Assembly (NCBI GenBank): GCA_963814275.1 | Contig: CAWFCE010000002.1 | Coordinates: forward strand, 1,195,263 to 1,259,262 | DNA: 64,000 nucleotides | Direction of reading: 5' to 3' | Source: Candidatus Parcubacteria bacterium | GTDB taxonomy: Bacteria > Patescibacteriota > Patescibacteriia > Patescibacteriales > UBA12075 | Notes under the pieces: model-generated | The model's input: only the letters and a program-made list of their open reading frames with translations | Told to the model about the DNA's origin: nothing | Databases searched by the model: none | Translations under genes and position numbers: made by a program | Shown: one piece after another, positions 18,528 through 27,702 of the stretch | How the letters are laid out: the number at the start of each line of letters is the position of its first letter | Position numbering within the stretch: position 1 is the stretch's first letter

Positions 18528-19883
18528 ATGTCCCTGAATAAAAGACGTATTCTATATTCCCTCTTCATCCTCGCCTTCCTGGTTATTACCCCGCTGGTCT
18601 CGCTCTACGCGGGCGGATATAAGATCGGAGGCGGTTTTAAGATCCAGAAGACAGGCATCTTGATCCTGGATACCCGGCCGCAGGGAGCGACCATTTCCCT
18701 GAACGGAAAAATACAACGGCGCACTATTTCGGGCCTGCTCTTCGGCGGACATACCGATATAAATACTCCGGCTAAAATCAAGAACCTTCTGCCCGGAGAG
18801 TACGATGTTACTCTGTCTTTGCCGGGTTACTGGCCCTGGAACAAACGGCTCGACATCTCGCCCGGCCAGTCAACTTACGCGGAGGACGTGGTTTTATTCA
18901 AGAATGATCTCCCTCTGACAGTAACCAACGGTGATTATTCCGAACTACTCCTGTCACCCAGTGAACGGTATCTCGCAGCCACGGGAAACGGTGTGATATC
19001 AATAATCGATTTGGAACCGGATTTACCGCAAGCAATATACACTGCCACCTCCAGCGCCGGATTCCCGCCCGAGTCAATCCGGTGGTCGCCTGACGGAAAA
19101 AGATTGTCGGCCGGAAATTCCATCATTACCCCGGAGTCGGCAAAACCGTCCGAAAAAATCCCGGTACCTGGCGGCCAACCAGCCGGGAGGATATTGTGGC
19201 TGGACAACAGCCAGCTGACATTTCGGATGGATAACATCATATATCGTTATCACCTGGGAGAAAAAGCGGCTGATGAATTTTATAATGCTCCGTCCCTGGG
19301 AGATTATTCCCTGGAAAATGGCAAACTCATAACAATAGAATCCTCCGCCAGTGAAACCCGGGTGGTTTTTCACGATGCGACCGACCGGCGTTTTTTGACG
19401 GACGTCAGCCTCCCCCTTTCCCGCTACGGATTGCTTGACAACGGCAGCCAGTCCCTGACCGGCGCCTTGGACACGGATCATCATATCCTGTATCTCCTGG
19501 ATCCCTTCTCCGCTTTCAATCCGATCTTCGACACGATCAATGATGTCACGATGATGAAGTGGATCGATGACCGCCATCTCGTATTCGCGAACGAGCATGA
19601 AATATGGCTTTATGATTTGAATAACAAAAACAGCCAGCTTCTCACCCGGATCAGCGAGCAGGTCAACTCTATCTTGTGGCACCCCAGCGACAATTACGTC
19701 ATTTATTCCACCGGCAGTTATATTGCCACGATCGAGCTCGACAAACGCGACCGGTATAATATCACCCGCATTATCGAACTCACCGATATTACCGCTCCTG
19801 TCCTTACCCGCCAAGGCGATTCACTCTATTTCGGGGCCAGGATCGGAAACCAACAGGGAGTGTATCAGCTGGTGATACAGTGA
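18528..19883 (+). CDS. PEGA domain protein with beta-propeller-like C-terminal region
   Basis: 451 aa. N-terminal TM helix; PEGA-like LDTRPQGATISLNGK...LLPGEYDVTLSLPGYWPW; the C-terminal part is rich in WD/TolB-like repeats (RWSPDGKRLS). Confidence 0.55.
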   Translation: MSLNKRRILYSLFILAFLVITPLVSLYAGGYKIGGGFKIQKTGILILDTRPQGATISLNGKIQRRTISGLLFGGHTDINTPAKIKNLLPGEYDVTLSLPGYWPWNKRLDISPGQSTYAEDVVLFKNDLPLTVTNGDYSELLLSPSERYLAATGNGVISIIDLEPDLPQAIYTATSSAGFPPESIRWSPDGKRLSAGNSIITPESAKPSEKIPVPGGQPAGRILWLDNSQLTFRMDNIIYRYHLGEKAADEFYNAPSLGDYSLENGKLITIESSASETRVVFHDATDRRFLTDVSLPLSRYGLLDNGSQSLTGALDTDHHILYLLDPFSAFNPIFDTINDVTMMKWIDDRHLVFANEHEIWLYDLNNKNSQLLTRISEQVNSILWHPSDNYVIYSTGSYIATIELDKRDRYNITRIIELTDITAPVLTRQGDSLYFGARIGNQQGVYQLVIQ

Positions 19884-20045
19884 TCTTTTTCGGAGATCGG
19901 AGATCGGGGATCTTTTCTCACGCAGCACGCAACACATAGCAAGTAGCATATTACCGGTATCGGATTAATTTTATATTCAAAATTAATATTTTAAAAATTA
20001 AAAAGCGGCGGGTGAACCGTCGCTTTTGTTCGGCCTAAGGCCGTC

Positions 20046-20576
20046 TCAGTTGACAAGCAATAATTTTTTCCAAAACCAATAGTACCCGGGCGGTCTTAAT
20101 TTCATTAGCCTCTCTTCCATATCCCGGTGCTCTAACAGGATGCCCTCGTACTTTTCCATTAATTTCCGCCTCACCGTATCCATCGGAATACTGATCAAAT
20201 CGGATCGAGACAGCCGCAAACTGCGTTTATTGTCGAAAATAACATCGATATCGCTTATTTTCTCACCAAGTTTGTCTTGTTGACGGACGGCGATTTCCAC
20301 CAGTTCCTGAAATTCGTTACGCCGGTAAGTGCACAGACGGAAAGCGAAAATCATATCGGATTTTTTCGCGAAATAACTCCGGATCCGCCTGTACTGACCC
20401 ATTGTAACAAACGTGACGATGAAGCAAATTCCCATGTAACCGAGATTTTGCCATCTTACGAGTTGCGGCTGCTTCCCGGTGTAATCATACGCATAAACAA
20501 AAAATATCATAGCCGCTACGCAAATGACTATGCTCAATAGCCTCATCCTGTTATCAAGGCTTTTTTCCATTGTCAT
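20046..20576 (-). CDS. hypothetical membrane protein (tandem paralog A)
   Basis: 176-aa ORF with two N-terminal TM helices; same architecture and C-terminal FWKxxL tail as the neighbouring gene. Confidence 0.45.
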   Translation of the reverse strand: MTMEKSLDNRMRLLSIVICVAAMIFFVYAYDYTGKQPQLVRWQNLGYMGICFIVTFVTMGQYRRIRSYFAKKSDMIFAFRLCTYRRNEFQELVEIAVRQQDKLGEKISDIDVIFDNKRSLRLSRSDLISIPMDTVRRKLMEKYEGILLEHRDMEERLMKLRPPGYYWFWKKLLLVN

Positions 20577-20588
20577 ATCTCCCGGTAT

Positions 20589-21131
20589 TTACGCTTTCAT
20601 TGAATTAGCAAAAAGTACCGTCTTCCAGAACTTCATGTAACACGGTTCTGAAGTTTTAACATCCGCCAAATCGTCCTTCGCGGTTTCACATTCCTCCAAG
20701 GCTTTCTGGTAATCCCGCAGAGCCGCATCCCTCACCTGCTCGATCATTTTTTCGTCCAGAACCGGGCCATTAAGCCGGATTTTGAGATCATTGGGGAAAA
20801 GCACATCGATCCCGACAACCGCATCCCGTGCCTCATCCGGACTGTCTTCGGCCAATACCGCCAATTGGTTCAGTTTGACCATGCTGACTTGCTCCATGCT
20901 CAACTTTTTTTTCGCTCTGGCAATTCCTCGGATATAAATATCCATTTTGCATGCGAAGATCATGCCTATTCCTCCCACCAGGATGATACCTAAGCCGCAA
21001 GACACGTAAATGATGAATCGGGAATCGATCTTATCTGCCGTGAAAAACATGCCTCGGCACAAAAACAACAATCCTACTAAAATGACGATGAAAGACAGCG
21101 CTGACAACCGCTTAACGACCCTGATATCCAT
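20589..21131 (-). CDS. hypothetical membrane protein (tandem paralog B)
   Basis: 180-aa ORF with two N-terminal TM helices and a C-terminal MKFWKTVLF tail. Confidence 0.45.
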   Translation of the reverse strand: MDIRVVKRLSALSFIVILVGLLFLCRGMFFTADKIDSRFIIYVSCGLGIILVGGIGMIFACKMDIYIRGIARAKKKLSMEQVSMVKLNQLAVLAEDSPDEARDAVVGIDVLFPNDLKIRLNGPVLDEKMIEQVRDAALRDYQKALEECETAKDDLADVKTSEPCYMKFWKTVLFANSMKA

Positions 21132-21149
21132 TTTTCATTTCTCCCTTCT

Positions 21150-22022
21150 CTATTTTCTACAAACGGTTTTCTGGAAATAATCCATCAGTTCTCTGCCGAT
21201 GTCTTCGCGGTCCAGGGCGTACTTCAAGACCGCTTTGATATGATTTAAAGGATCGCCGGTGGTCAACCATTCACCGTCCTCCACTTTTTTTACATAGAAT
21301 TCCCCTCCCTGTTTGATATATTTGGTGATCGCGTCCACTATCCAGAGTTCATTGCCTTTGCCCAGGTCTGTATCTTGCAAAACGTCGATAATTTCCTGGT
21401 TAAGGATCATCCGCCCGAAATCCGCCAGATTCGAGGGTTCTTCTCCCGGCGCCGGCTTCTCTATTATCCCCTTTAGACGCATGGTGGCTGGATCGATATC
21501 GGCCACGCCGTAGCGGGACAATACTTCTTTGGGCATTTCCTGCACCCCGATCATCATATGTCCGGTCTTTTCGTATTCTTCCACCATCTGCTTGGTGAAT
21601 GATATTTTCGACTTGACCAGATCATCACCCCAGACATAGACGAACGGTTCGTCGCGTACCAGGCTGGCGGCGGAGAGTACCGGGGTGCCGTTGCCATATG
21701 GGCCCTTTTGCCGGACATAGATGAAATTAGCCATATCGGCGATCCGCTTCATTTGCTCTTTGATCTCATGTTTACCTGCTTTTTCCAGATCGTTTAAGAG
21801 CGCCCAGTTATAATCGAAATGGTCTTCAAGCGGCTTTTTGTCCCACTTGGTGACCAGAATGATATCTTCAATACCGGCCTCGACCAATTCTTCGACCACC
21901 AGCTGGATGATCGGCTTGTCCACGATCGGCAGCATTTCCTTGGGCATCGCCTTGGTGGCTGGGAGGAAGCGGGTGCCGGAGCCGGCCACGGCGACAATAG
22001 CTTTTTTTATGGGTTTGGGCAT
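21150..22022 (-). CDS. galU: UTP--glucose-1-phosphate uridylyltransferase
   Basis: 290 aa. KAIVAVAGSGTRFLPATKAMPKEMLPIVDKP is the canonical GalU N-terminus. Confidence 0.9.
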   Translation of the reverse strand: MPKPIKKAIVAVAGSGTRFLPATKAMPKEMLPIVDKPIIQLVVEELVEAGIEDIILVTKWDKKPLEDHFDYNWALLNDLEKAGKHEIKEQMKRIADMANFIYVRQKGPYGNGTPVLSAASLVRDEPFVYVWGDDLVKSKISFTKQMVEEYEKTGHMMIGVQEMPKEVLSRYGVADIDPATMRLKGIIEKPAPGEEPSNLADFGRMILNQEIIDVLQDTDLGKGNELWIVDAITKYIKQGGEFYVKKVEDGEWLTTGDPLNHIKAVLKYALDREDIGRELMDYFQKTVCRK

Positions 22023-22277
22023 ATGTTTTATAAAAGATGAAATTAATTAATTTAAAAATATATTTATATTTCTTTGAGCTAATTTTCAATTATCAATTTT
22101 CAATAATCCAATCAATATTTAATTTTCAATATTTATTTTACGCTATGAATATCAATTTCAGGAATTAACGGCCATAAGCTATGGATCAAAATAGATCCAG
22201 CCGCACTTAATTTGACACTACCTTTGAAAATTAAATATTAAATATTGATTGAAAATTGGATTATTGAAAATTGATAT

Positions 22278-23063
22278 TTATCTCCATTTCCACACATACT
22301 TGACCCAGCTCGATATATGTATCCGCGCCAGTTTGTTCTTGAACGGCGCGATATACCAGGGGTATTTGGCGCTTTCCCGGCTATGGTCATGCACTACCCG
22401 GACCAGCGGGTAATAAACTACTTTGTATCCGGCCTGCCAGATCCGGCGGCAGAGGTCGGTATCTTCGAAATACATGAAGAACCGTTCGTCGAACGGACCG
22501 CCGGCCGCATCCATCGCCTCCCGACGGATCAGGAGAACTGAACCCATTACCCAGTCGGCGTCGATCGGCGAGCGTTTGGACGCGTCTTTCATGAGGAAAG
22601 AATCGACCTGGGACTTGAATATCCGCCCGACGAATGTCCGCCGCACCAAGGGGTACCAAAGATTGGGAAAGCGGAAGCAGGAATCCTGGTGCCCGCCGTC
22701 GGCGAAGACCAGTTCGGGCGCCACTATGCCGACTGATGGATTTGCCTCCAAATATTCATGCAAAATCTTAACTGTATTCGGCTCCAGCCGCGTATCCATA
22801 TTCAAAATCAGGAAATATCTACCCTTAGCTTTCCTGATACCCAGATTGTTGCCGCCGCCCATTCCGAGATTCTTTTCGCTTCTCAGAAATATTATATCGG
22901 GATAGTACCGCTTAATTTCATTTTCGATATTGTCCGGCGAACCGTTATCGATCACGATTGCCTCATGATCCGGGTTTGCCAAATTCGCCTTCCTGACCGA
23001 TTCCAGACAGCGGAAGGTCTTTTCGCGCGCCTGGTAGTTTACGATGATTGTGCTGATATCCAT
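22278..23063 (-). CDS. glycosyltransferase family 2
   Basis: The ORF extends to 23129; ATG at 23063 (MDISTIIVNYQ) is the likely start. DNGSPD and EDTDLCRR motifs. Confidence 0.8.
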   Translation of the reverse strand: MDISTIIVNYQAREKTFRCLESVRKANLANPDHEAIVIDNGSPDNIENEIKRYYPDIIFLRSEKNLGMGGGNNLGIRKAKGRYFLILNMDTRLEPNTVKILHEYLEANPSVGIVAPELVFADGGHQDSCFRFPNLWYPLVRRTFVGRIFKSQVDSFLMKDASKRSPIDADWVMGSVLLIRREAMDAAGGPFDERFFMYFEDTDLCRRIWQAGYKVVYYPLVRVVHDHSRESAKYPWYIAPFKNKLARIHISSWVKYVWKWR

Positions 23064-23247
23064 ATTATCGATTAAGCAGTTATATGTTATTAAATTTTCA
23101 ATAATCCAGTAACCCAATGATCCAAACAATATTTAATTTTCAATACCAAATATTTAAACCGCATCGTTTGAAAATTAAATATTAGATATTAGAAATTGAT
23201 TGAAAATTGGATTATTGGATTATTGAAAATTTATTACGAAAATTCAT

Positions 23248-24303
23248 TCACCAAATTATAACTAATTTTACCATTTTCCAGTATAAACCAAACACCGGAT
23301 TCACCGCCCGCAGTTTCCAATCATCGATCTCCTGATACCAGATGCGCCCGGATATTAATTCCACAATCCCCTTGTCCTTAACTATTCTTAAAGATTGGTT
23401 CCGTTCCCGCGCCCGATGGAGGTATCGCCAGGTTTTCGGCTTCAGAAAATACCCCCAGACCTTAAGCTTGTCCCTGAACCAGCCGCCTTTCAAAGAAAAT
23501 AAGATATGGCCCAATTCCATTAATATAAAAGCCGGCAAAATCAAAACCAAAGTCGGCCATTTGTAACAGATCAAAATGGAAATCATCCGATTGCGGTCCA
23601 TCCAATAGAACTTCGTGATCGAGCGTTTGAATTCGTAATTATTGTAAAGTACGGCCTTGGGTGACAGCATTACCTTATACCCGGCCAGGCGGAAGCGCCA
23701 GGGCAGCTCCTGGTCCTCGTTGTACATCCAGTATTCCTCATCAAAGAGGCCGATCTTCATGAGTTCTTCAGCGCGAAACAGCATGGAGGTGCCGGAGGCA
23801 TAAAAAATCTCTGTCGGCTCGCTGATCTGTTCCTGCCACTTTTCGCGGTACCCGACGCAGTATCCGAAGCCGAGAAAGTGAGTGGCATTGCCCAGACTGC
23901 TGATGGTCTCTTTGTCCGGCATCATCTGCCGGGCCTGGACCACCCCGGTCTTCGCGTCGCTTTTGAGCACCTTAACCATTTCCGTAATACAATCCGGCTC
24001 CATTACGGTATGGATATTCAGCACCAGGACATAATCGCAGCCATCGGTAATCGCCTGCCGCATCCCGTCGTTCATACCCTTGGCAAATCCGTCATTAGTT
24101 TTGTTCAATATCAAATTCGCCTCAGGCGCGGTCCGGGAGATGAAACCGGTTGTTTCCGCAGTCGTCTCATTATCCGTGATATAAATTTTCTTTTCGCCGT
24201 CGTAATCCTGACTTCTCACGCTCTCGATCCAGCCGGGCAGGTACTTCTTCGAATAACCACGCCAGACCACGGTTACGATGCCGATCTTTTTTCCTGTTTT
24301 CAT
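23248..24303 (-). CDS. glycosyltransferase family 2 with C-terminal TM region
   Basis: 351 aa. IGIVTVVWRG...ITDNETT...NEDQELPWR motifs. Confidence 0.78.
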   Translation of the reverse strand: MKTGKKIGIVTVVWRGYSKKYLPGWIESVRSQDYDGEKKIYITDNETTAETTGFISRTAPEANLILNKTNDGFAKGMNDGMRQAITDGCDYVLVLNIHTVMEPDCITEMVKVLKSDAKTGVVQARQMMPDKETISSLGNATHFLGFGYCVGYREKWQEQISEPTEIFYASGTSMLFRAEELMKIGLFDEEYWMYNEDQELPWRFRLAGYKVMLSPKAVLYNNYEFKRSITKFYWMDRNRMISILICYKWPTLVLILPAFILMELGHILFSLKGGWFRDKLKVWGYFLKPKTWRYLHRARERNQSLRIVKDKGIVELISGRIWYQEIDDWKLRAVNPVFGLYWKMVKLVIIW

Positions 24304-24905
24304 TTTCGTAAATAATTCTGGTGTAATTTTTTAATTATCTCATACTCTTTCCTGACCAGGCTTTGCGCTCTGGGCAAAAGTGCCAGATCGCGCCAGTCTC
24401 TTTCCAGTTTAGCCAGATGTATTTCGACCATTTCCTCCAGGGTGTCATCTGGACGAAAAAACCAATGGCAGAAGTAAAAAAGTCCGGTGAAATGGGACAT
24501 TGTATCAACTACCGCCACAATCTTATCTTCGCTAGTCTCCACCAGATACGGCTTGCTATTGCGGTGGCGGATCACGGCATTGGCGACCAGATCGGTCTCA
24601 TCTTGGGGCAGTCCGTAGTTCTGCAGGAACCCCAGGGTGAATTTGTAGCTGTCGATATGATGGGTCTCATCGGCTTTTGCCAATCCCCTCTTGTTCACCA
24701 CCTCGTACTTGCTTATGTCATGGAGCCAACACGCGAGCATTACCACCTAGCGGTCGGCTTTGTAGAGTTTCAAAATCTTTTCGGCGCAGCGCAGGACTTC
24801 TTTCTGGTGCAAGTCATAGAACCATACCCAGTCGTTCCGTTCCGCCTGGCGGAGAATATAATCCTTGATGTCGGCTTCTATTTTTCTAAATAAATCGTTA
24901 TTCAT
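24300..24905 (-). pseudogene. HD-domain phosphohydrolase interrupted by an in-frame TAG
   Basis: The ATG at 24905 opens 52 codons (..FYDLHQKEVLRCAEKILKLYKADR). An in-frame TAG follows at 24747-24749, and the same frame then continues VVMLACWLHDISK... to 24300. The stop falls between the H and HD elements of a single HD domain. Confidence 0.6.
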
Positions 24906-24919
24906 AGCGATTTGCTAAT

Positions 24920-25780
24920 TTATAATAAATCCCCGATTTCGTCAAATTTATTTACTGCAACTTTAGTATAAATTTGAGTGGTTTCCAGGCGAGCATGGCC
25001 CAGCAAAGACTGAATATATCTTAAGTTTACACCATTTTCTAAGAGGTGGGTAGCAAAGCTGTGGCGCAATGAATGAGCAGAAACCCGTTTTTTGATCCCG
25101 GCCCGATTTGCGGCCTCGGTGACAATTTTCTGGATGGTCCGAACCGTCAATTTCCCGGCCGAACGGAAGCTTTCGAACAAGAATTCGGCCGGATCATAGC
25201 CGCGGATGTATTGCCCGATGTTTTCCAACACTGTCCCGGACACGATCGTCACCCGGTCCTTGTTGCCCTTGCCGGCCTGGATCCGGATTATTTTTCGGTC
25301 AAAGTCGATATCATAAACCCGCAAATTCACAAGTTCGCTCACCCGCATGCCGGTGGTATAAAGCACCTGGATGATGAGTTTATGTTTTATATTTCCTGCT
25401 ACCTCTATCATCCCAATGATTTCTTTTTTCGCCAGCACAACCGGTATCCTGGAGCCCATTTTGGGCCGCTTGATCCGGATTTCCCCGGCAAAAAAATTCC
25501 TCTTTAAAATTTGCGTGTAATAGAATTTAATGGCGTTGATCGCCAGGTTCAAGGTCGCCGGCGCCCGGCCGCTCACCAGAAGCCAATCCAGATAATCTTT
25601 TATATCCTGCGCGTTTAAATCATCGCTGAATTTGTTTGCAAATCTAAGCAATTCCTTGGTATAATAAACATAAGCCTTTACCGTTTTTTGGCTATAATTC
25701 CGTATTCTCAATTCCTGCTCCAAGTTATAAAACAAATCCCTTTTTAAAGTAGTAGAACGATTTAAATCTGATGGTAGCAT
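24920..25780 (-). CDS. tyrosine recombinase, integron-integrase-like N-terminus but Xer-sized (array 1 recombinase)
   Basis: 286 aa. SAM-like core-binding domain (IRNYSQKTVKAYVYY..., RIPVVLAKKEI); catalytic set TGMRVSE, GKGNKDR, HSLRHSFATH, LLGH, QIYTKV. It is divergent from and 78 bp away from the first GTTRRRY site. Confidence 0.85.
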   Translation of the reverse strand: MLPSDLNRSTTLKRDLFYNLEQELRIRNYSQKTVKAYVYYTKELLRFANKFSDDLNAQDIKDYLDWLLVSGRAPATLNLAINAIKFYYTQILKRNFFAGEIRIKRPKMGSRIPVVLAKKEIIGMIEVAGNIKHKLIIQVLYTTGMRVSELVNLRVYDIDFDRKIIRIQAGKGNKDRVTIVSGTVLENIGQYIRGYDPAEFLFESFRSAGKLTVRTIQKIVTEAANRAGIKKRVSAHSLRHSFATHLLENGVNLRYIQSLLGHARLETTQIYTKVAVNKFDEIGDLL

Positions 25781-25850
25781 ACCTTAATTAGCTAACATAT
25801 TTATATAATAATTTTAACTAATTTTTAACAAAAAATCAACAAGTTCAGAT

Positions 25851-25864
25851 ATAACCAGTTAGAT
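25851..25864 (+). other. attI-like site of array 1 (ATAACCAGTTAGAT)
   Basis: First GTTRRRY box (GTTAGAT, 25858-25864) after the recombinase gene. The ATAACCAGTT prefix is shared with array 2 (58890-58899). It is complementary to the R'' of cassette 1. Confidence 0.5.
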
Positions 25865-25902
25865 GAAATAATTAAATTATTTTCTGCTACGCAGAAAAAT
25901 TA

Positions 25903-27126
25903 TTGGGGCAAATTTATTTTTTTTATGAATATGAAGAAAAAATTCAAAAACCAACTCCTGAAAACAATCAAGAGTCACAAGCTGATATTTTACCTGAAAC
26001 ATACACCAAAGCCCGCACTCAAGAGATTAATCAGCAAATTAATTCATATCAGGGACCAAAAAACTCTGTAGATTTGGTATCCAAAACCAAAGAGATACAA
26101 GAAAACTACAAGCAATACATGGAAGAATCAGATGCTGAAGGAAGCCAAGAAACATTACAGCTTTTTCAAAAAAAAATGCAGGCAGAGATTGATTTCTATA
26201 AAAAAGAGTTTGATAAATTTAATGATCTGCAAAGGCTAGAAACCGTCTCTAATATATTAAAACCAGAAGATTTTCAGCTCTATGAAAAAATTCTAGGCAA
26301 CAAGGAAGGAAACACAGATGATTTATTTGATTCCCGCGGTAAAGTAATTCACGCCACAAATTCAACTGCACTAGATATAATATCTGATGTTAATACAATT
26401 TCTGGAGGAACAAGGCAGCTTGGACCTTCTTTCTCTGACGGAGATCACGACATCGCAATCACTTTTAATCTTGTGTGGGAAAAATTAAAAACGCCAGGAG
26501 GCATAGATAAAACCCACAAAAAAATTGACCTTGATGAATATCCACAATTCCCCAGTAAATATAATGAATTTGTTGATTGGGCAGTGCAAAGATTAAAAAA
26601 TGAATATGGCGAGGGAGAAAAGTTTGAAATGGAAAAAAACAAACTTCTTGCAAAAGCTGAAAAACATAACGAAGATAAATCAGTCCTCCACGATACTGAA
26701 GAACAGTACACTCAAGAATTAAAAGATATGGCATATGGCACGCTTAAACCGAAGTGGATAAAAGACGGGCTTAGCGAAGAAGAAGCTGAAAATAAAGTAA
26801 AAGAATATATTGAAAATCAAAACCATTTTAAAAACAGGCTAAAAAACCGACCTCAAAATGAAGTAGCCTTCCCTGTTACACTTGCATTTATTAAAAATGA
26901 GCTACCTGAACTTGTGCCTGAAGGTGGTGAAAGAGAATTTGAACTAAGAACAGAAGAAGAAATTAAGCTTGATAATGCCTCTACCATATTTGTTCCTGAA
27001 AAATATCTAAATAGCAGACTTGTTAGAAAAATAAATCAGGTTTATCCTAATATAGACATAAGAACAGAGGAGGAGTTGGAATTTGTAAGAATGAATAAAT
27101 TATTAAATAAAATAAATTTGCCCTAA
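25903..27126 (+). CDS. hypothetical Lys/Glu-rich protein (cassette 1)
   Basis: 407-aa ORF. Start uncertain: the TTG at 25903 lies inside the cassette inverted repeat and the first in-frame ATG is at 26119. Confidence 0.5.
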   Translation: MGQIYFFYEYEEKIQKPTPENNQESQADILPETYTKARTQEINQQINSYQGPKNSVDLVSKTKEIQENYKQYMEESDAEGSQETLQLFQKKMQAEIDFYKKEFDKFNDLQRLETVSNILKPEDFQLYEKILGNKEGNTDDLFDSRGKVIHATNSTALDIISDVNTISGGTRQLGPSFSDGDHDIAITFNLVWEKLKTPGGIDKTHKKIDLDEYPQFPSKYNEFVDWAVQRLKNEYGEGEKFEMEKNKLLAKAEKHNEDKSVLHDTEEQYTQELKDMAYGTLKPKWIKDGLSEEEAENKVKEYIENQNHFKNRLKNRPQNEVAFPVTLAFIKNELPELVPEGGEREFELRTEEEIKLDNASTIFVPEKYLNSRLVRKINQVYPNIDIRTEEELEFVRMNKLLNKINLP

Positions 27127-27162
27127 TAATAACTCGCTTCGCTCGTTGAATTTAATTACATC

Positions 27163-27254
27163 ATCTAACAGCGTGTATACGGTTCGCGCTTGGCTATCGC
27201 CAAATGCTCACCCAAATTTGCTTCGCAAACTTCGTATACACACGAACGTTAGGC
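27163..27254 (+). repeat. attC-like site 1
   Basis: R'' ATCTAAC (27163-69) is the reverse complement of the upstream GTTAGAT. It is followed by stem GTGTATACG / CGTATACAC, GGTTCG, hairpin H1 TTGGC-TATC-GCCAA, CACCCAAATT, hairpin TTTGC-TTCG-CAAA and ACTTCG. R' is GTTAGGC (27248-54). Confidence 0.75.
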
Positions 27255-27318
27255 GCAACAATAAAAAGCCTCTTTAATTAATTTAATAATTTTGGCAATT
27301 TATTTGCCCAATAAAACT

Positions 27319-27702
27319 ATGATAAAACCAGACCAAAATTTAGGAAAATTTTTTTCCAAAGAAGACCAATCCATTGAAAAGGAAACTGATTTAAAACAAC
27401 TTCAAGATTTCGCCGTATTATACCATGAAAAAAACATGCCTGAAGATCAGGAGAAAAAATTTATTTCATTGGCGCAAAAATACATAGACGAGAATCATGA
27501 TGGAACATACTATAATGAAGGCAATACAGATTATATTTATGTGCAACTTCCAAACGGACTATACTTAGAAGCTGATGCACATCTCAGAAGTAACACCTTT
27601 TATTTTTCCGGAGTACTATCAAAAGAAGATGCAGAAAAAAGAATAGACATGTTAGCAAAACAACGGGAAGAAGATATAAAAGCAGCTTTAGATAAAGAAT
27701 AA
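27319..27702 (+). CDS. hypothetical protein (cassette 2)
   Basis: ATG at 27319. The track start at 27292 reads through the cassette inverted repeat. 127 aa. Confidence 0.5.
   Translation: MIKPDQNLGKFFSKEDQSIEKETDLKQLQDFAVLYHEKNMPEDQEKKFISLAQKYIDENHDGTYYNEGNTDYIYVQLPNGLYLEADAHLRSNTFYFSGVLSKEDAEKRIDMLAKQREEDIKAALDKE

Noticed and set aside
27292-27318. ORF-track starts at 27292, 27974, 29609, 33604 and 60876 (TTG/GTG-type).
   Set aside because: These N-terminal extensions read through the conserved attC-like sites or cassette inverted repeats. In each case an ATG with better context lies just downstream (27319, 28007, 29690, 33640, 60915).
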